A stretch of 64,000 nt of DNA from Cirrosporium novae-zelandiae. Taxonomy: Eukaryota. Positions 24,432-39,891 of this stretch are shown here, in pieces (the stretch's first letter is position 1; the number at the start of each line of letters is the position of its first letter). The translations under genes and the position numbers were made by a program. The stretch spans positions 372,001 through 436,000 of the forward strand of contig JAPETS010000019.1 in assembly GCA_026023565.1 (NCBI GenBank), read 5' to 3'. The notes under the pieces are model-generated. The model worked only from the letters and a program-made list of their open reading frames with translations. It made no database searches and was not told the origin of the DNA.

Positions 24432-27400
24432 ATTTTCCAAGTAGAGATGACGTCTTTTGTTGTTGATGAAGTTATGATGGATGTTATTAATTATTCCGGA
24501 ATGTTAAATCGGTAATTATCGAGTATCAAGGGATCAAGTCTGGAGTGTTTCAATATGTCCAATGTCCAGTGGTCGGTGTTCAGTTGTGCCAATTATGTGC
24601 AGGTTATACCTGTATGCCCCCTTGTTTCCTTACCCTGAAGAGGCTGATATCGCCAATCTCAATCGTCTGGAAATTGAAAAATGACGTCTGTGAACACAAG
24701 ATCCTTAATTTTTTTGCTTCTCCAATTCAGGTTTCTCATTCTCACTCACTCATTCACCCATTCAAGTATTCACCCCCACGAAAGAAATTAATTAATTTTT
24801 TACCGCAGTAATGTCACACGGAATCAGAAGAATTTAGATATCAGATGCACACACACAATGACGGGGACAGGGAGGGTATTTTTGTATCTTTGTACCACCC
24901 CGGACATTCCGATAAGCTGGGCACAGCTGGGCGTTAGTTCAATATGACTCAACCCGCCTCAGGTTATGTACTACCCCCCGTAACCCCCCGTAACACCCCA
25001 TAAACCCCCCCGCATTCAACAAATGAGCAAATGGGGATACACCCATCCCATCTCACGCTCACTACATATCTAGTATACTCACCAAAGAAGTAATCTTCAT
25101 CTTGATACAAATTAGCCATGACTCTTAACATACATACGTGCATGCATACATACCACTGTAGATATCAACCCATCCATTTGATGTGGCTCAATCCATCTCC
25201 ATCAATTAACTTTCCAACTTTTATTCACACTCCCCCCTATCACACTGCAGAACATATTTCTCTCGTCAGCCGCCGTAACATTTACGTCCAGATCGAGTCA
25301 TCATAGAGTCAGGCACCACAACCTTGTAATATCCACGTAATTCCCATGGCTTATCTGACCATTATCAAGACTTCTGAATAATATTCATCCCAGACGTCAC
25401 CTCCTAGGCTTGCCCTCCTGACATATAGAGAAATGCTATTATCATTACTGTAGTACAGTACATAGGAATCCAATTGTTGAAATTAAAAACTGGGTTTGAA
25501 GGTCTCCCCAGCATTCTTTTCCTGATTCTATTTTTTAGCATGGCCGTAGTGTTGGGTAGGCTCGAGGAAAGGAGTTTATACCACAACCACCAATTGTCTT
25601 TCACATGACGGTCAAGTATTCAAGACTAAGCTTTGAAAAAATCAAAAAAGATTCCCCTGCATTGAATCTGGTTTCAGAATTTGGATATATATCTGTATTT
25701 GGAAGTCTGTCCCTGCGTCCTACACGAGACCAGATTCCCGACCAGGCAGCCGTAAAAGGCGAGCAATTGAAGTATCTAGATTGAGTCCAATATATACTCT
25801 ATCCTTCACGTAAAATATTCAAGCTTAAGTTTCAAGTATGCAGAAATTATATTTCCCCTGCATCGGAAGGTTGAAGGTTGAAGCAGCCGAAGAGTGAAAT
25901 CATTGTTGCTGCAATGGGGAATTCGTTTATGCATTCCATCCCATTCTAGAACTAGAAAGAAGCAATTTTTTCCTGCCGGTTGTCCAAAGGAGGAAATCCG
26001 GGCATGTAAAATGGCGAACACGATCGGAATTCAAATCCAACCATACAGAAACTCTGGATAAATAAAAAAAGGTCACTGTCTTGTACCTCGATTAGCTTGC
26101 CATTGTACCTCTTTGTGCCATCTCAAGAGATGAAGTAAAAGTAAGCATCCCCTCTCGGTACCAAGGAGAGTATCCTCAAAACTCAAACTTGGACCCCACG
26201 AACACCCCCTCATATAGACGCCAAATAAGGGGAATGCTGTTTCAAACATGGAGATATTCTGCCCAATTAGGAAGGGGAAATGCAAACGTCAGAGTTCTAA
26301 TATGTATATCACTCTTAGCGATCGGGTCGATCCTAAGCAGCACGATATGTCATGGAAGATTGGAGGAATAACATGAAAACTAAAAATCTCTTCGCACATC
26401 GTGCAGGACCTCAGGGTTGCTGGTCCGCTAAGGAGGTCTCCACGGCGTCATAATACTGTCACCTCGTATCGTACTGAATAGGAAACCTAGAATATGAAAA
26501 AAATAAAAAAATAAAAATTAAAAGGGTCCTAGAAAAACCATGCCACGATGCGTCACCGTATTCTCCGGCACTTGATAACCAAAAACCTACAAGGTTAGAT
26601 AGGGATGACAACCACGCGGTGGGGAGTGTAGGTTTGCCTTCTTCTTGGATCATAGACAGCATGTTTGGTTTTGAACATCGCCTCACCGGGTGGCTGCCAA
26701 GAAGAGTGAAGATAGGTCTTTACCCACAAGGCTTGTCAACCTTGAAGTTTAGATAGCATTCGGATGCAGCAATGTGCATAACCCTGAGCGGTCAGGAAAG
26801 CCAATATTGGTCATCTATCCATTGATTCCTTCCATGACCAACTGCACACAAGCCACATCAGAGCTGCATCTCGAGTTTGAGAAGTTTGATCAACTCCACA
26901 ATCAATGCAACCATCAAGAGAAAACTCATCGAGTGGCGGTCCTCTAGGGTGACCGGGGTCAACCATTCTCACTACGCAGATGAATGCTATTCGATTAGAT
27001 GGCCTTGGAGCACAAGGTCACGGTCACGGTCCTTATCCACTTGGTCGAGCTGTCAATGTCTTGAAGGGTGAAAGCACTGGTATTGATCAAGGCTTTCATC
27101 TCAAACATCGAGTATCATTGCTAAAGCTGCGAGCCACAGCCATGTTGCCCCGTTGTGGCATCCGCATCAATCTGTTTGAAATGAACCATCCTAGCTTCTC
27201 CTGCAGCTGGAAAGATCCACCATCCTTCGATAATTTATCAGTTACTAAAAGCTGTACGTACCCTCCTTCACCCTTAGCCTCACCGACAGAGTAGTTATGC
27301 GTAAAACAATGAAACATTGCAATCCAACCAACGTTGGACCAAAACAAAAGGCGTCGGACTAAGAACAAGTGAAGAAGGAAAAAGTCTTCTCCCTCATGCG

Positions 27401-29882
27401 GAACACTAGTCATCGGGTCATCTTCCGCGAAAGGCTCTTGGAAAAGCCATGACTGAAGGAAGCATTGACTGTTGCGCGTAACCACGTGGATCCCTAAACT
27501 CTTTTTGTAACTTAAAAATCTTTTGAAATTAATTCGTTTTTGTCTTTGGTGTTTCTGTCTGTTCATCAGAGTTCTAGTTAGCTAATAGCGAGATGGAAGG
27601 GCAAAAAGCAATCAAAAAAAAAGAAGAGGCAAGAACCCAATTCAAAATAAATCACATGAAGGAAGTTGAGCATTGAGACTGGAGAAGACAGTGCGCAAGA
27701 CTTAGGTATGAAATGATATGAAATGTAACAAATCAGACAAATCAGACAAATTACCGCAGTGGAGGAGTGCTCTAGATAGAAATGTGGATCTGTTGTTTGG
27801 TTCTCAGCAGAAAGCAGAAAGTAGGTACCTTAGTAGACTGTAGTAGTCGCTAAATTGAGAAAGGCTCAACGGTCCCGTGCACAAAACACAAAATAATCAA
27901 ATACCCCATTTTGGGGCTAAAAGGGAAATGTAGCCATTTTCCCATTTTTCCCATTTTCCCATTTTCCCTTTTTCCCTTTTTTGCCTCTCTTACCCTTTTC
28001 TCTCTCTCACCTTTATCCACCTCTGTACTTTAGTCCATTCGATGACTGTGCCTCTTTTGCCTCGTCAGAACCCCCCATCATCAGCCTCAGGCCAGAACAC
28101 TGTAAGTCCCATGGGGAATCATGCCGTTGGTCCGTTGATCACCGCACCGCCGCAATTTCCATTTTATCCTTTTTATTCAAATCTCGCGGTAATCGGAATC
28201 ACGGGAATCAGTCGAACCCTATTGAGATGAAACCCTATTTATTACTTTTCTAAAATGTGCCATCGAACTTACATAAGGCCGAACGGTTGAATTGAATTGA
28301 ATCCCCCATATTGACCACCTTTTCCATTGGCCAGCGAGATAAAAAATAAATAATAAAAATAATAAAAATAATAAAAATAATAATAATAATTATAATAATC
28401 AATCGGCCTGGCTTAGACTTTGTCCATGTTCGGGGTATTACCCTATTCCGATGTCAATGCATGTCATTTTCAGATGTTATTGTCGTTGATGTTGGTGTCA
28501 CGAGCAAAAAAAAATTATTGTTGGGGAAGACACACAAAGATAGAGAGGCTCTTCAGCTTTTCTTGGAATCCTTGCAAAAGAGGCTTGTCTGGATGACTGT
28601 ATGACAGGGCTTTTGTGACAACGCAGAGGACACCATTATCCTGCATGGAAGCCCCTGGAGAACATGATTAGATGATTGATTCTCAACCACATGGGACACC
28701 TGAATACCATTGCTCTTGTGCTTCTGTCATCTTTGCCTCATCCTCAGCCATACAGACATCCATTCCATCCCATGCGTACCGTAGATACTTGTTGTACGGG
28801 ACAGTACAATTATCAGCCCTGGCATCTGATGAGAGCCACCTTCTCTCCTGTGCCCAAGTCACCAACCATCATCAACTATCCCATACCTCCAGGACAACCG
28901 CAGTCCTACGTCAGTAAACATCCATCAGCATTGGAACTTGAAAGTATCAGTTATTATTTGAATATTTTTCTGATTTTTATTCAAGGTACCTATATAAAAT
29001 ACATTGGGGAGCACGCATGTGAAAATCACCCCGATCGATCTGCATCTGATTAAAGTACCCAAGGCATGAAAGCCTTTATTTCTGTCCTCTTTAATAATTG
29101 TCCCTCGCGGGATTGGCCTGTCTTCCTTGATGGCACCCAATGCCAATGCAATGCAATAATGCTTTTCAGACCTTTGTAGTAGTAGACACAGTAGTACTCG
29201 AGGAAGTAGTTTCAAGTTAAAAAGAAAAAAGAAAGCCGCAAATTTTTTAGCCGCCCGAAGGTATCATGTCGTAATATCCCAGGTGCATGCATCTTTATAG
29301 CAACGCCCACCAGGTGGAGCCCAGTAATAAAAGAAGCATCGATGGCCAGGGGGTATCGTATTCCGTTTTAGTAATGCTCTGTAGGTGTCGTATTCATTAC
29401 AACCCATTAAGACTTTGAAAAGAAATAGAAGAAAAAAAATAACATCGAAACACGACAGGATCGAAAGGATGGATTAACGCCTGTTCAAGAATCCCAGAAG
29501 ACAGATTTCGCTTCAAGTTGGCCACCCAGTGATTTCCTTTGGTCCTACTCGGTTGCGCCTTGCTCGAATGTGCATCAATAAAATAAAACACGAAAGATGG
29601 GAATGCTGAAATGAAGTATCGGTCGAGAATTTGAGAATTTGCAGTACTGACAATGTAACGCCGCGGTAGGATTCGGGGTCACGTTGGGAAGGTGGAGGCA
29701 GATGCCAGAAAGATGGGGTGTCACCGAAAGGCTGATGGAGTGATGGGTTGTACGGGGGTACATGGCGTGGGTCCAGGAAGCCGCTGTCGTCACACAACCA
29801 CCTCCCACACCCCCATCCAATTCTATTCCCCATCCTTTGTGCTCACCCCCAAACCCCAGAGGCTAATTTCCAAGGCCCCAAT

Positions 29883-31604
29883 CTACCATCCCTTCTGGTG
29901 GTATTCCCCTACTCCGTACTCAAAATAGTAATTGTTCCACGAATTGTTCTTTGACCCGTTTAGGGGAGAGCTGAGCTGCTTCTGCTTTTGGCCCGCTGGG
30001 AACTCTTGCAGATTGACGACGTCGTGCGAGGTATGTCTCCTCTTGAGGACCGCATTGGCTGTCGTGCTCTTTTGTTGGCGTTCCCAGAGCAGATGCTTGC
30101 GGAGGGATTCGGTCAATTCTGTAGCAAGCATGTTGCGACGAGTGGTACGGGGTGATAGGGCAGGGGGGTGGGTATTAGATATAGCCATGATGATCGGTTT
30201 TGATCGAGTACCTGTGAAACGCGACATCGTGAGACCTGCATCAGATTCTTCTGGAGAACCGGCCACGGAAGGTCCATTGGGTGTAGTAACGCGGGAACGT
30301 TGGAGAGCAGACGTAGATCGGCGCATTGCCGCATTGGCAAAAGCATTTGCACGTTGCGGCTGGTGCATCATGTCTGTGAGGAGCGATCGTCGGTTTGGTC
30401 GTAGGTTCACTACAGAATCGATCCGTTGGAATTTCAACTGTTTCTCGTCCATACTAGATTGCCCGCTCTCAGTAACCGAATCTTCCCAATCAGATCCATC
30501 GTCGTCGTCTTCAATTGCACTCTCCGACACCTCTTCTTCTTCGTCGCTCTCGATCGCTCCTTCGTCCTCATATTTGGCCTCCTTGATGGTCTGAGCGAAT
30601 GATGTGTGCTTCCTGCTATCTACTAGCGACTTCTTCAACCCTTCAGATAATGAACTTCGCCCGGAAGCGGAGATCTTCTCCTCGAATGAGCTTTCATCAT
30701 CCTCACCCGATGATCCACCTAGCATAAATATTCCGGCCTTCTTTTTTGGTAGCTCGACTTTAGAGGCTACGGTGCCCCTGACTGGGACTGGTGCTGGTGC
30801 AAGGCTTGAATTGGATCGATACGATGATGGGCGGCCGGGAGAGAAACCGCGGACGACGTTGGCTGATGTGTGGAGATCTGTTGACTTTAATTCGGCCGAA
30901 GAGAAGCTAGTATCTGAGTCGACCATGGATTTTGGACCAAAGCTGTCTGCACTTCCATGCTGTGCGATTGAACCGGACCGGGACGAGGTATCAGACATGC
31001 GGTGAGGAAATGAAGTGATGGTGGGCAATCCCTCAACTGTTGGGACAAGCTTGGGAGATAGTGGTGCGAGTTTCCTCTTTTCTTGAATGTGCATAATCAT
31101 CTTCTCGAGCCTGGAGGGAGTAACGTGCTTCGGATTCATCACGCTCTTACTCTCCATTAGATCTTGCTTGGGTTTTGGTCGTTTGACGTCAACTGGAGCG
31201 CTCGATGGTTTTACCTGCCGTTCTATTCGTTCAGCTTCATTCGAGGCAACGGATTCGACGCTTGTCGAGAGTTCGGGCATGTCTCGCGTGCTTGGCCGTT
31301 GAAGTTGGAGGTCGAAGGAAGGAGTGGTGGCAGGAGTGTGTAATTCACAGCAAAAGGTTTCTCGATTCCACAGACGCCAGCTCAGGTTTTCTAATCTTCT
31401 GCCTTCCTCCAAGGATTCAGCGCATCGTGAGAAGACTGCAAGGAGTTAGATAACGACGTTAGCCAACCTCAACTATGAATCGGAATGCGGCGCATTGAAC
31501 TCACCCATCCACATGCCAAACAGATTCTCGGCATTCGAAGGGTCAATCTTGTGCATCTTATTGGCATCCACCGATAATAACGGTGCAGCTAAACGTGAAG
31601 GCAT
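29883..31604 (-). CDS. DUF1752 (AreA-like N-terminal motif) + DUF3295 domain protein; exons 31604-31505, 31435-29883
   Basis: MWMVFSRCAESLEEGRRLENLSWRLW motif; C-terminal SPRTTRRNMLATELTESLRKHLLWERQQK..YHQKGW. Confidence 0.9.
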
Positions 31605-32666
31605 TGTGAGAGACGTCAATTGTTTTTGGTAGGTCCGGGGTTGAATGATAGGTTTTGGTTTTGGTTTTGGGACATATAAGGTATCTTTGGGTCAATGGCA
31701 ATGCGCAAGGGAAGATGAGTTCATGGATATGGCGATGGGATGAATTGTGAAGATATGTAATCGATAATAGCGCCCTTGCAGTCCGCGCAGTTGGAGCGCA
31801 GGATTGGATAGGTGGGAGCCAGACACAACAATGTGCTGCAGGTTGCGATATAGTTGGGAGGATGTTGATGGTAGGGAGTTGTTTTGGTTGTTGGTGGGTA
31901 GAAGAAGGATGTATGTTGGAGGATAAGTTGGTCGGAAGCAATGGATGGAAGGTTGTGGAGATTGTGGGATGGTGGTAGTAGGAGTAAGGGTGGAGATGTA
32001 GTTGGTAATATTATCTCTTTGTCCGGTTGCAGTACCTAGTAGTGGTACACAGGTAGAGTGGGTGGCACTGTGACGGACCGACTGATGGATCTGGAGAGCG
32101 AAGCGAAAACGGGTAGTTTGACGGTCGATGAGGTTGATGAAAGTTACAGGGGTGGGTTGACTTTTGACTTTTTGGTTTTTTTTTTTTTCCTTTTGAGGGG
32201 GGGGGCTGATTGACTGGGGGGGGTGGTTAAGGTGGTGGTGAAGGTAGGGTAGGTATCGGTAAGATCGGTAGGTCGGTAGGGAAGGGTATCGGTAGGGGTA
32301 TTGTAGGGGTGGGTGTTGTAAAGATGTAGGGGTGCAGGGGTGGTAAGGGTGTAGGGTGTAGGGTGTATGGTGTAAGGTGTAGGGGGAAGAAAGGTCGGTA
32401 AGTGTTTTTATTTTATTTTACTGTACTGCTTAGTACAATGTGTACCCAGTGCCCAGTAGAGTAGCCCAGTAGACCTAGTAGACCCAATGGCCAGTAGTCG
32501 ATACAGTAGTACTTTGTGGAGGGATATCCTGGTAAGACCAATAACCCTTGCGAGATGTCAGCCAAAAAATACCCACCGAATTGTGCGGTGAAAAGTACAA
32601 AAGTAACCAAGTAAATTTCACTTAGGTAAGTTAGGTAACTTAGAGGTAAGGTAACTAGGTACCTAA

Positions 32667-32733
32667 GTAGGTAGGTAGGTAGGTAGGTAGGTAGGTAGGT
32701 AGGTAGGTAGGTAGGTAGGTAGGTAGTAGGTAA
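32667..32733. repeat. (GGTA)n microsatellite
   Basis: Roughly 15 tandem units read directly. Confidence 0.9.
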
Positions 32734-35700
32734 CCATATAATTAACTACCTATCCATAACAAGTGGCGAGCAACAAAACTTGATTTATTTAATCATTACT
32801 TACCAGATGTGATGTACATACAGCTCAGCTCATCTCATGAAAGATTTAATAGTCAGATGGAATCAAATCTTCATCTTCATTTACCCTTTTTCCATGGACC
32901 CAGCAGTCCCTTAATACTAGGGCTCTAGAGGATTAGAATAGCCGACTATTTTCACAAGCTCTTTTAAGACTTTCTTCCCTCACTAAAAAGTAAGTCGTGT
33001 GCCAGCAATTCGGAAGTTCTAGACGGAAAGTAAAGAGCCCAAAGGGCCTGTAAGGGGAGTAATCTTCACAATCTACGACAACCGGTCCATCGCCTGTGCT
33101 TTGGCCTGTGCCTCGGGTTGCTTCCCCCCCCCCCCCCTCCATAATCCATAATTCATTATCAATTAAACTCCCCATCTTTTTTTTTTGTTATTAATTTATT
33201 AATTTATTAATTTATTTATTCCCTTCCAGAAGACAAAACCAAGCCCAAATACAACCAACAAACGATCGGGCTGAATCACCGACGGATCAAGGCCTGATCT
33301 CCGGGTCACTCACTCATAACTACACTGTCACACACCTTTTGGCGTTTGGGGTAGTCTAGTAAACTAACAAGAACCACTGGTACTGAAGAAAGCAAGAAAC
33401 AAGAAGAAGGGGAAAACAATAGTAATAATAGTAATAATAGTAAGAATAATAGTAATAATAATAATAATACTTTCCTCCTGGTTGGTTGTTGTCTCATCAC
33501 CATGACCAAAGGTTCATCAAATACTGTACATACAGTACATAGCCCCTCGAAATGGCTTTGATGATTTTCTTAGGCTGACGGACGCCAACGGAAGATTTGA
33601 TAAAGTGTGAAGTTAAGCCCTGTAAAAGAAAAAAAAGACTTTTGGACCAAAATGCATAGCACAGCCGGTACATTGGGTGGTACGTCTCGCGGTACATGGA
33701 AGGACTGGCAGTTGGAGAGTTTTAGTACAAGGGGAGGGGGGGGGGGGGGAAATAGTCAGCGGTGACTTTAGCCATCCCAAGGTTTACACTACCGGGGAAC
33801 TGGGAATGCTGAGAGGAGAGTTGCAGCGGCCAAGGGGAAAAAAATAAAAAAGGACTCCAGTTTATTACTATGCGTGTATACAACCATGAAAGGCCAGGGT
33901 AGGATGGGTAAATGACCGGAAAAAGTAGGGGGGGGAAAAGAGAAATTATCAACCATCAACCATCAACCATCAACACATACAAGGCAGAGCAGGGACCAAT
34001 TTGCATTATGACGCTGTTGGTCTGTGAGGGGTACAAGGTGCACAAGTAGGCCGAAGTACCATCTGTGTACGGAGAAATCCCTCGGTTGTGTTCCCATCAT
34101 CCCTTTCGTCCATCAACTGTCATCTTACAGCGCGGCAGCTGTGGTGGGGGATGCGGAAATACTCAACGGCAACCGGCTGGTACTTGCTGATCATGTACTC
34201 CCCTCTCCCCCATATCAATGTCAGGCATCTCTCAGGCTCGCCCCGGAGACGCCTGCACCACGCCTAGAGCGCCTACACCAGGTAATATTGGTTGAGTCTG
34301 GTTGTCATTCATCACTCCGACAACAATAAAAAGATGGACCATCTATCCATTTGCTGTCCTGGCCGTGAAACCGGTGACTTTTTTTTTCTATCCTACACAT
34401 AGCAAATCAATTCTATATCACAATCGCATCTTCTTGACAGGTCAGCAAGCCACTTTTGGCTGCCTGTTTGCCAACTGTAAAGCTTTTCATAGGTACAAAG
34501 ATCCATCTCCATTGAATGTGATGGCTTTGACATCTACAAATGTTATTTGTCGATTAGATTTCAGCAGTGATTCCTTTTCATTTGCCTCCAATCGATCCAA
34601 ACGAAATAGTCTGGGGAAAAAAAATGCCCGAGTCTTCTTTTTCTGGCATGTCTTGAGCTGTCACTGTTTTTGCCTCACTTTTTTTCCAACTAGAGTACGG
34701 ATAACGAGTCACTGAACAGATGGGGAAAAAAGACAGAGACAGAGACATTGATGGTAACACGGACAAACTAGCTGTCAAACCATTTCTCAGCTGCACCGAG
34801 TGCTTCCAGAACACATCGAATAAGGAAATTGAGATGCGAATGCTTTCAATCATCAACAGGGAAGTCAAAGGACAGGAATAAAGCAATTGTCGCGTCAATG
34901 CCTGGGATGCCTTGGGATGCTGGGGGGGGGGGGGGGTTGTTGATGATGGAGAAGGGCAGTCCAGGCCGGCAAATGAAGTAAGGGTCATCTTCGGATTGGA
35001 TGAAAGAGCTAGATAACCCCCCGGGCGGCATGAGGTGGAAGGAAAGGCCGACAGACGGCGACAGGTAATGTTGAAAATTGTTTGATAGGCCACGAGCCAT
35101 CAACCGTTGCCCCTCCCTTGGGCCTTGGCTGGCCAGGGTTGGTCAGGGGGATTGCAAAATTTTCCCTTATGAAGCAGTTTCCCCGGCATTTTGCACGCGT
35201 CGCCAACTTTGTCCTAGCCTCTGGAGTCCAGATTTGGTCTAGGCTCTTTCACAATAATTATTAAATTAAGTAATTCGTAACCTTCCTGAATAAAGTAAAC
35301 TAGGCTTCGACAACATCACATGTTCTCTCAAGAGTTCAGGGCTAACCCTAACGTCCTCTTCCTTCCGCTTAGGTTTCTTCTTGGTAGATACTCTATGGAT
35401 AGTGTAACAATAACAATAATAACAAATTCAATGCTTGCTTGCTTACTATTCCATGTTCATAAAACATCCTTTGATCTTGCATTATTATTACTCAGTACAG
35501 GTTACTCGTTTGCTGCTTTGTAAATCCTTGTGCTCCAATTCGGTTCCCCCGCGAAAAGTGCGAATAAAAATAAAAAAAGAATAGATACATACACCCACAC
35601 ACCCACTCCCTCTCCTCCACAGGCTCACAGTCATCGGTAAGCAGCCACTCCCTAAGGGCCGACCCGATAGACTCCGCCTCACCGCTCTGATCAAAGGTCA

Positions 35701-38160
35701 TCCATCCCCACCACCAAAAAGACTCAAAGTAAAGAAAGAAATGTACAGAATTGATACTCAAATCCAAAATAAAATAAAAAAAAAAGTCCCCAAGACAAAA
35801 CAAACTTAGCCGAGGCGTTCTAGACATTTGACCGTAATCACACCCGAGATCAGTTTCGTATCATTCCCTAAGTCATTGATGGCAAAAAAAGGGTAAAAAA
35901 GCAACGACCTAGCGACCGCTTAGCCATTGCTTGAGCTTTTCAAGGGCCTGAGACCGGAGGACCTTTCAACGCCTCCTCCGCAATCACCTCCATGGGTCCT
36001 TGTCTCGAAGCATATCTTGTGACTTAGCGAATTTTTATTATTATTCGTCTCAGCTTTTGCGCTTTCAGCTTCCCCGGCCCAACAACTGTAGCAATTGCAG
36101 AAAGCTGCATAGAGCTACAGAAAAAGAGGCTGAGGCTGACCTTGGCCCTTCACAGGGCGGCGGTTGAACTGCATGAGGGCGACCTGCATCGTTGAGCGAC
36201 GATGATGGCGCATGTGATGAGATTTGGGGACACCGGGCTTGCTGTTGAAGATATTTGCACTCTAATCCTATCATCTCACTGCCTCGCAATCTTTTAATTG
36301 TTTCGCGTAGGATGACAACAATGTGGGAGAAACATCATGGCAAATCTTGAAATAATACACTATGATGCACCCTTTTTCGACCTTGGGGCTACCATGATTG
36401 GTTGCTTTTTTTGGCCAACATGAATTTATTATGGCATGATTTTAATCATGACCATATTTATCCAAATGCGATATTCACATTATCGCATCAGTTGCAGCAA
36501 CCGCTGCAATAGCAATGAATATTATGCGCTGTGCGAGCCGTGGCAGGGTGGTCATCTGAACTTCTGACTTGATGAGTTGTCACAGACCCCTGCTCGAAGG
36601 ATTCATCCCGACAGCAAATCATGCCCTACGTTCTAGATGTGTACCGAAAACAGTAGTTTCGATATCTAAATGCTGCCTGTTATCGGTTTTGTTGTTGTAA
36701 CTTGACGGGTTCACAACCTTCCAAAACGAGCGTCTGGTGATAACCCGCAATTAAACAAAGCGTTTATTCTGTTGTTTGAACGAAGTATCCATGTGAGCGT
36801 GACCTATTTTTGGGCATCAATTTGATGGCTTTCACAGTCTCTGATACACTGGGGAAGCCGTGTTCATTTGCTTCTTATTGAGGACCACGTATAAGCAAGA
36901 GCCCACCGGAAAAATTACCTGGGAAATCTATCTCTGATCGTATCCCCCCTCCATTCTCCCGCACAGGAATCCAAAGGTGACGGAAGTCAGGGACAACCTA
37001 TTCCTCGATTTAGCCATTTAGCCTTGATTGCGATTAGGGCTGTTTCGGCGGCAATTACTCCGGGACTGCGGGTGCATCAGAATTCCCAAATTAGTATTTT
37101 TCCATTGGCCTTGAAGGGGTGAACAGGAGGGAATCAGGTATCCTCTTAACCTAATGTAAGTGGTAGCGGGGAAAGACGGAAGAATGCATCACATCTGCTT
37201 CGCGCCAAAAAAGACGACATTAGCGAGTGATGAACCAATTCACCGGGACTACCGGGGGGTCTTTCCAGGACCTTTCAGGGCCCTGGATTTAAATTGTGAT
37301 GGTGGGCAGCTACTTGTTATTTACCGGATTTGTAACTATTCTGACTCGTTCGCGTATCGACTGGCAGGAGATGTGGTGATACCTCATCCGAACATTCTCC
37401 CGAAGATCTCAGGGAGCGAAGGCTGGTTCGTTTGAAGCACTAAGAGTGTCTAGAAGGGGTACGTATATGAAAAGCAAGTAACAAGTCGGGGGTGTCTCGG
37501 GAGTTGAAAAGATTTTCCCTACCCCCAAGGACCAGGGGGGGATCCTTTTGGATCAACAGAAGGAGATTGCAAGATATTTTTTTGATGGGTCATCGGTCAC
37601 ATTTTGCAGAGATCAGTTTTAGTTTATTGTTTTGGTTGGGAGCTGAAAAGGAATTGGGAAAAGGATTTTGATTAAGAATGATGGGTTGTAACAAGATGAT
37701 GAGATGATGAGATGAATTATGGGAATTATGGAATTGTGTCGGATAACTGCATTTCAGCTGCATAAGGTTAGAATTGGGTTAGGATGTGCCCAAAGACCTG
37801 GGTCCCACGTGGTTGAGGCCTTAGGCTTTCCATCATTTTTTACCATTTGACCATTTTACCCCAGTTTGAGGCCCCGGCTTTTCTTTCCAACCCTCAACCC
37901 CCAGACCCAAACCCCAAGACCCCCAAGACCCCCAAGACCCCCAAATTCCCCCGCTGCCTAAATTGTTGTGGATTATGGATTATTATAACCCAGCATTAGA
38001 ATCATATAGTTGCCTTCTCACCCGTCCACTACTGTCAGCCGTTCATGCAGTCAGCAAAGCAAGCAATTCTTCAAAACAATCCTTCCACAAACCGTTGGAT
38101 TATGAATCCCAGGCAATTATCATATCAAGATATATAAAATCATAATGATCGTGATGGATA

Positions 38161-38564
38161 ATGGGGCAAAGGAAGAATCTGACAGCTGCACAGAAAAGTC
38201 CCCTTCCTGCACATCATCTCTCGGTTGGCATCAGCAGCATGTCTCTGGAGTACATTATTGAAAAGCCATTGACTGACAGCTCCTCCAAGGCGCAAGATGA
38301 CGCAGGTCCTTCCAAAAAAACCAGAGAATCGGTTTGCAGTACTGGGGATTCCGGAACCGCTGCCGAAATGCATGATAAAATCGAAGACAGGTAAGTGGAG
38401 ACAAACAAGATTAGAGAATGCCGCAATAACTTCCGCGTTCCTACACTCCTTGTCCTTGTATTACTCCATAGAGGAGCGGAGAGGGGGGGGGGGATGTCGA
38501 ATAACACAATCAAAGGAAACATCTTTCGGCACATCGGCAAAGCCGCCGAAATCAAGGTTCGGTA
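38161..38564 (+). CDS. Possible small orphan gene (2 exons?)
   Basis: ATG ORF MGQRKNLTAAQ.. ends at a consensus AG|GTAAGT donor (38391); a possible acceptor at ~38471 continues ~30 codons. No recognisable homology. Confidence 0.25.
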
Positions 38565-39859
38565 GACTTTACTATATTTGTTATCTCTACACTTGTCTCT
38601 CATCTTCCGATGGCTGGGGCGTCAGCGGCGTCAAAAGAATGAGCGACCACGATGAAGCGATTTGTCCCAACACACCCTCTCTTGATCGTAACCCCGCGAG
38701 ACCAATGCCACTCTGTCGGGACTATCAACGGTATTTCCTCATTGACTCACCCTTCCCCATACATAGACGCTTTGGTCTCAAGGATAAAACAAAAAGTTTG
38801 CGGAAGCACAGCCGATGGCTTTTGGTGGAAATTGGCAGGGTATTAGATTGAGCCTGCTGAGCTTCTGAGCTCTCTCTCTCTAGACCAGCAACAAGGGACC
38901 CCTCGGGGGACCGCGTACGGAAGCCGATGGAGATAATAATTATGGAGAGGGTGTTTTTTTTTTTTTTTTTTTTTTTTTTTGATTTCCTTTGTTTTTTTAT
39001 TAGTTTGTCTAACGATTATTGTGAAGGGTCAAAAAAAGGTGGGATAGAGAATGGATTGGGGAGAGTCAGACTTACATGTGATTGTGAAACCACACCTACC
39101 ACGACCCTCGTATACACACACACAGACAGTGTACAGGACTATGCTTATCCCAAAGATTACCAATTGTCAATTGCCATAAAAAAAATAAGAAGTTTATATC
39201 CAAGTCTATGTTCGCGTACGCATATACGCATATACGCATATACGCATATCCCCAATCCAGCAACTATCCAGTCGGCAAGCAGGTAGGCAGACAGATCAGG
39301 CAAAACAGCTTACTTGATTTTTTTTCCTCCTCCCCCCCTTCCCCCAAGGTTTCATAATAATAAAAAATTACATTGGGGAATCAAAAATAGGATCTGATCC
39401 ATCCCAACTGTAAATTCCCAAGTTTCTCCGAAAACCACAATCACGGTAAAAGCCATCTACCCATCTCTCTAAACAAATCCTCCCCCTTCCGTTATCCACC
39501 CATCCATCCATCCCATGATTTCCGTGGCTCCTTCTCCGTGTAAGTAAGTAGGTACCTACCTAAACTAAACTAATTAACTAACAATCATCAAGCATCAAAT
39601 CTCGCTTGTTTTGGTTTTTGGGACCCGGCCGGACCAGCCAACCCGCCGGGACGACGTCGGGAACGCAAAGCCCGCTAACTAACAACAACAACAAAAAACA
39701 AGACCCCTTCTTTTCTTTCTTGTTTGCCCCGAACTGGAACTGGAACTGGAACTGGAACTGGAGCTTGAATTGAACCTCTCCCCGGTTTTACTTTTGGTTT
39801 GCATTTCCCCAAATGCATAAATCTGTCAAATGACACCTTCCTTATTAATTATTCAAAGA

Positions 39860-39891
<32 letters not shown>

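Noticed and set aside
26686..27566. 156-aa ORF (27096-27566) and neighbours as a gene or transposon remnant
   Set aside because: No recognisable motif or consistent splice model; cannot be supported.
32325..32385. TAGGGTG repeats as interstitial telomere
   Set aside because: Degenerate and not TTAGGG; one of many microsatellites here.
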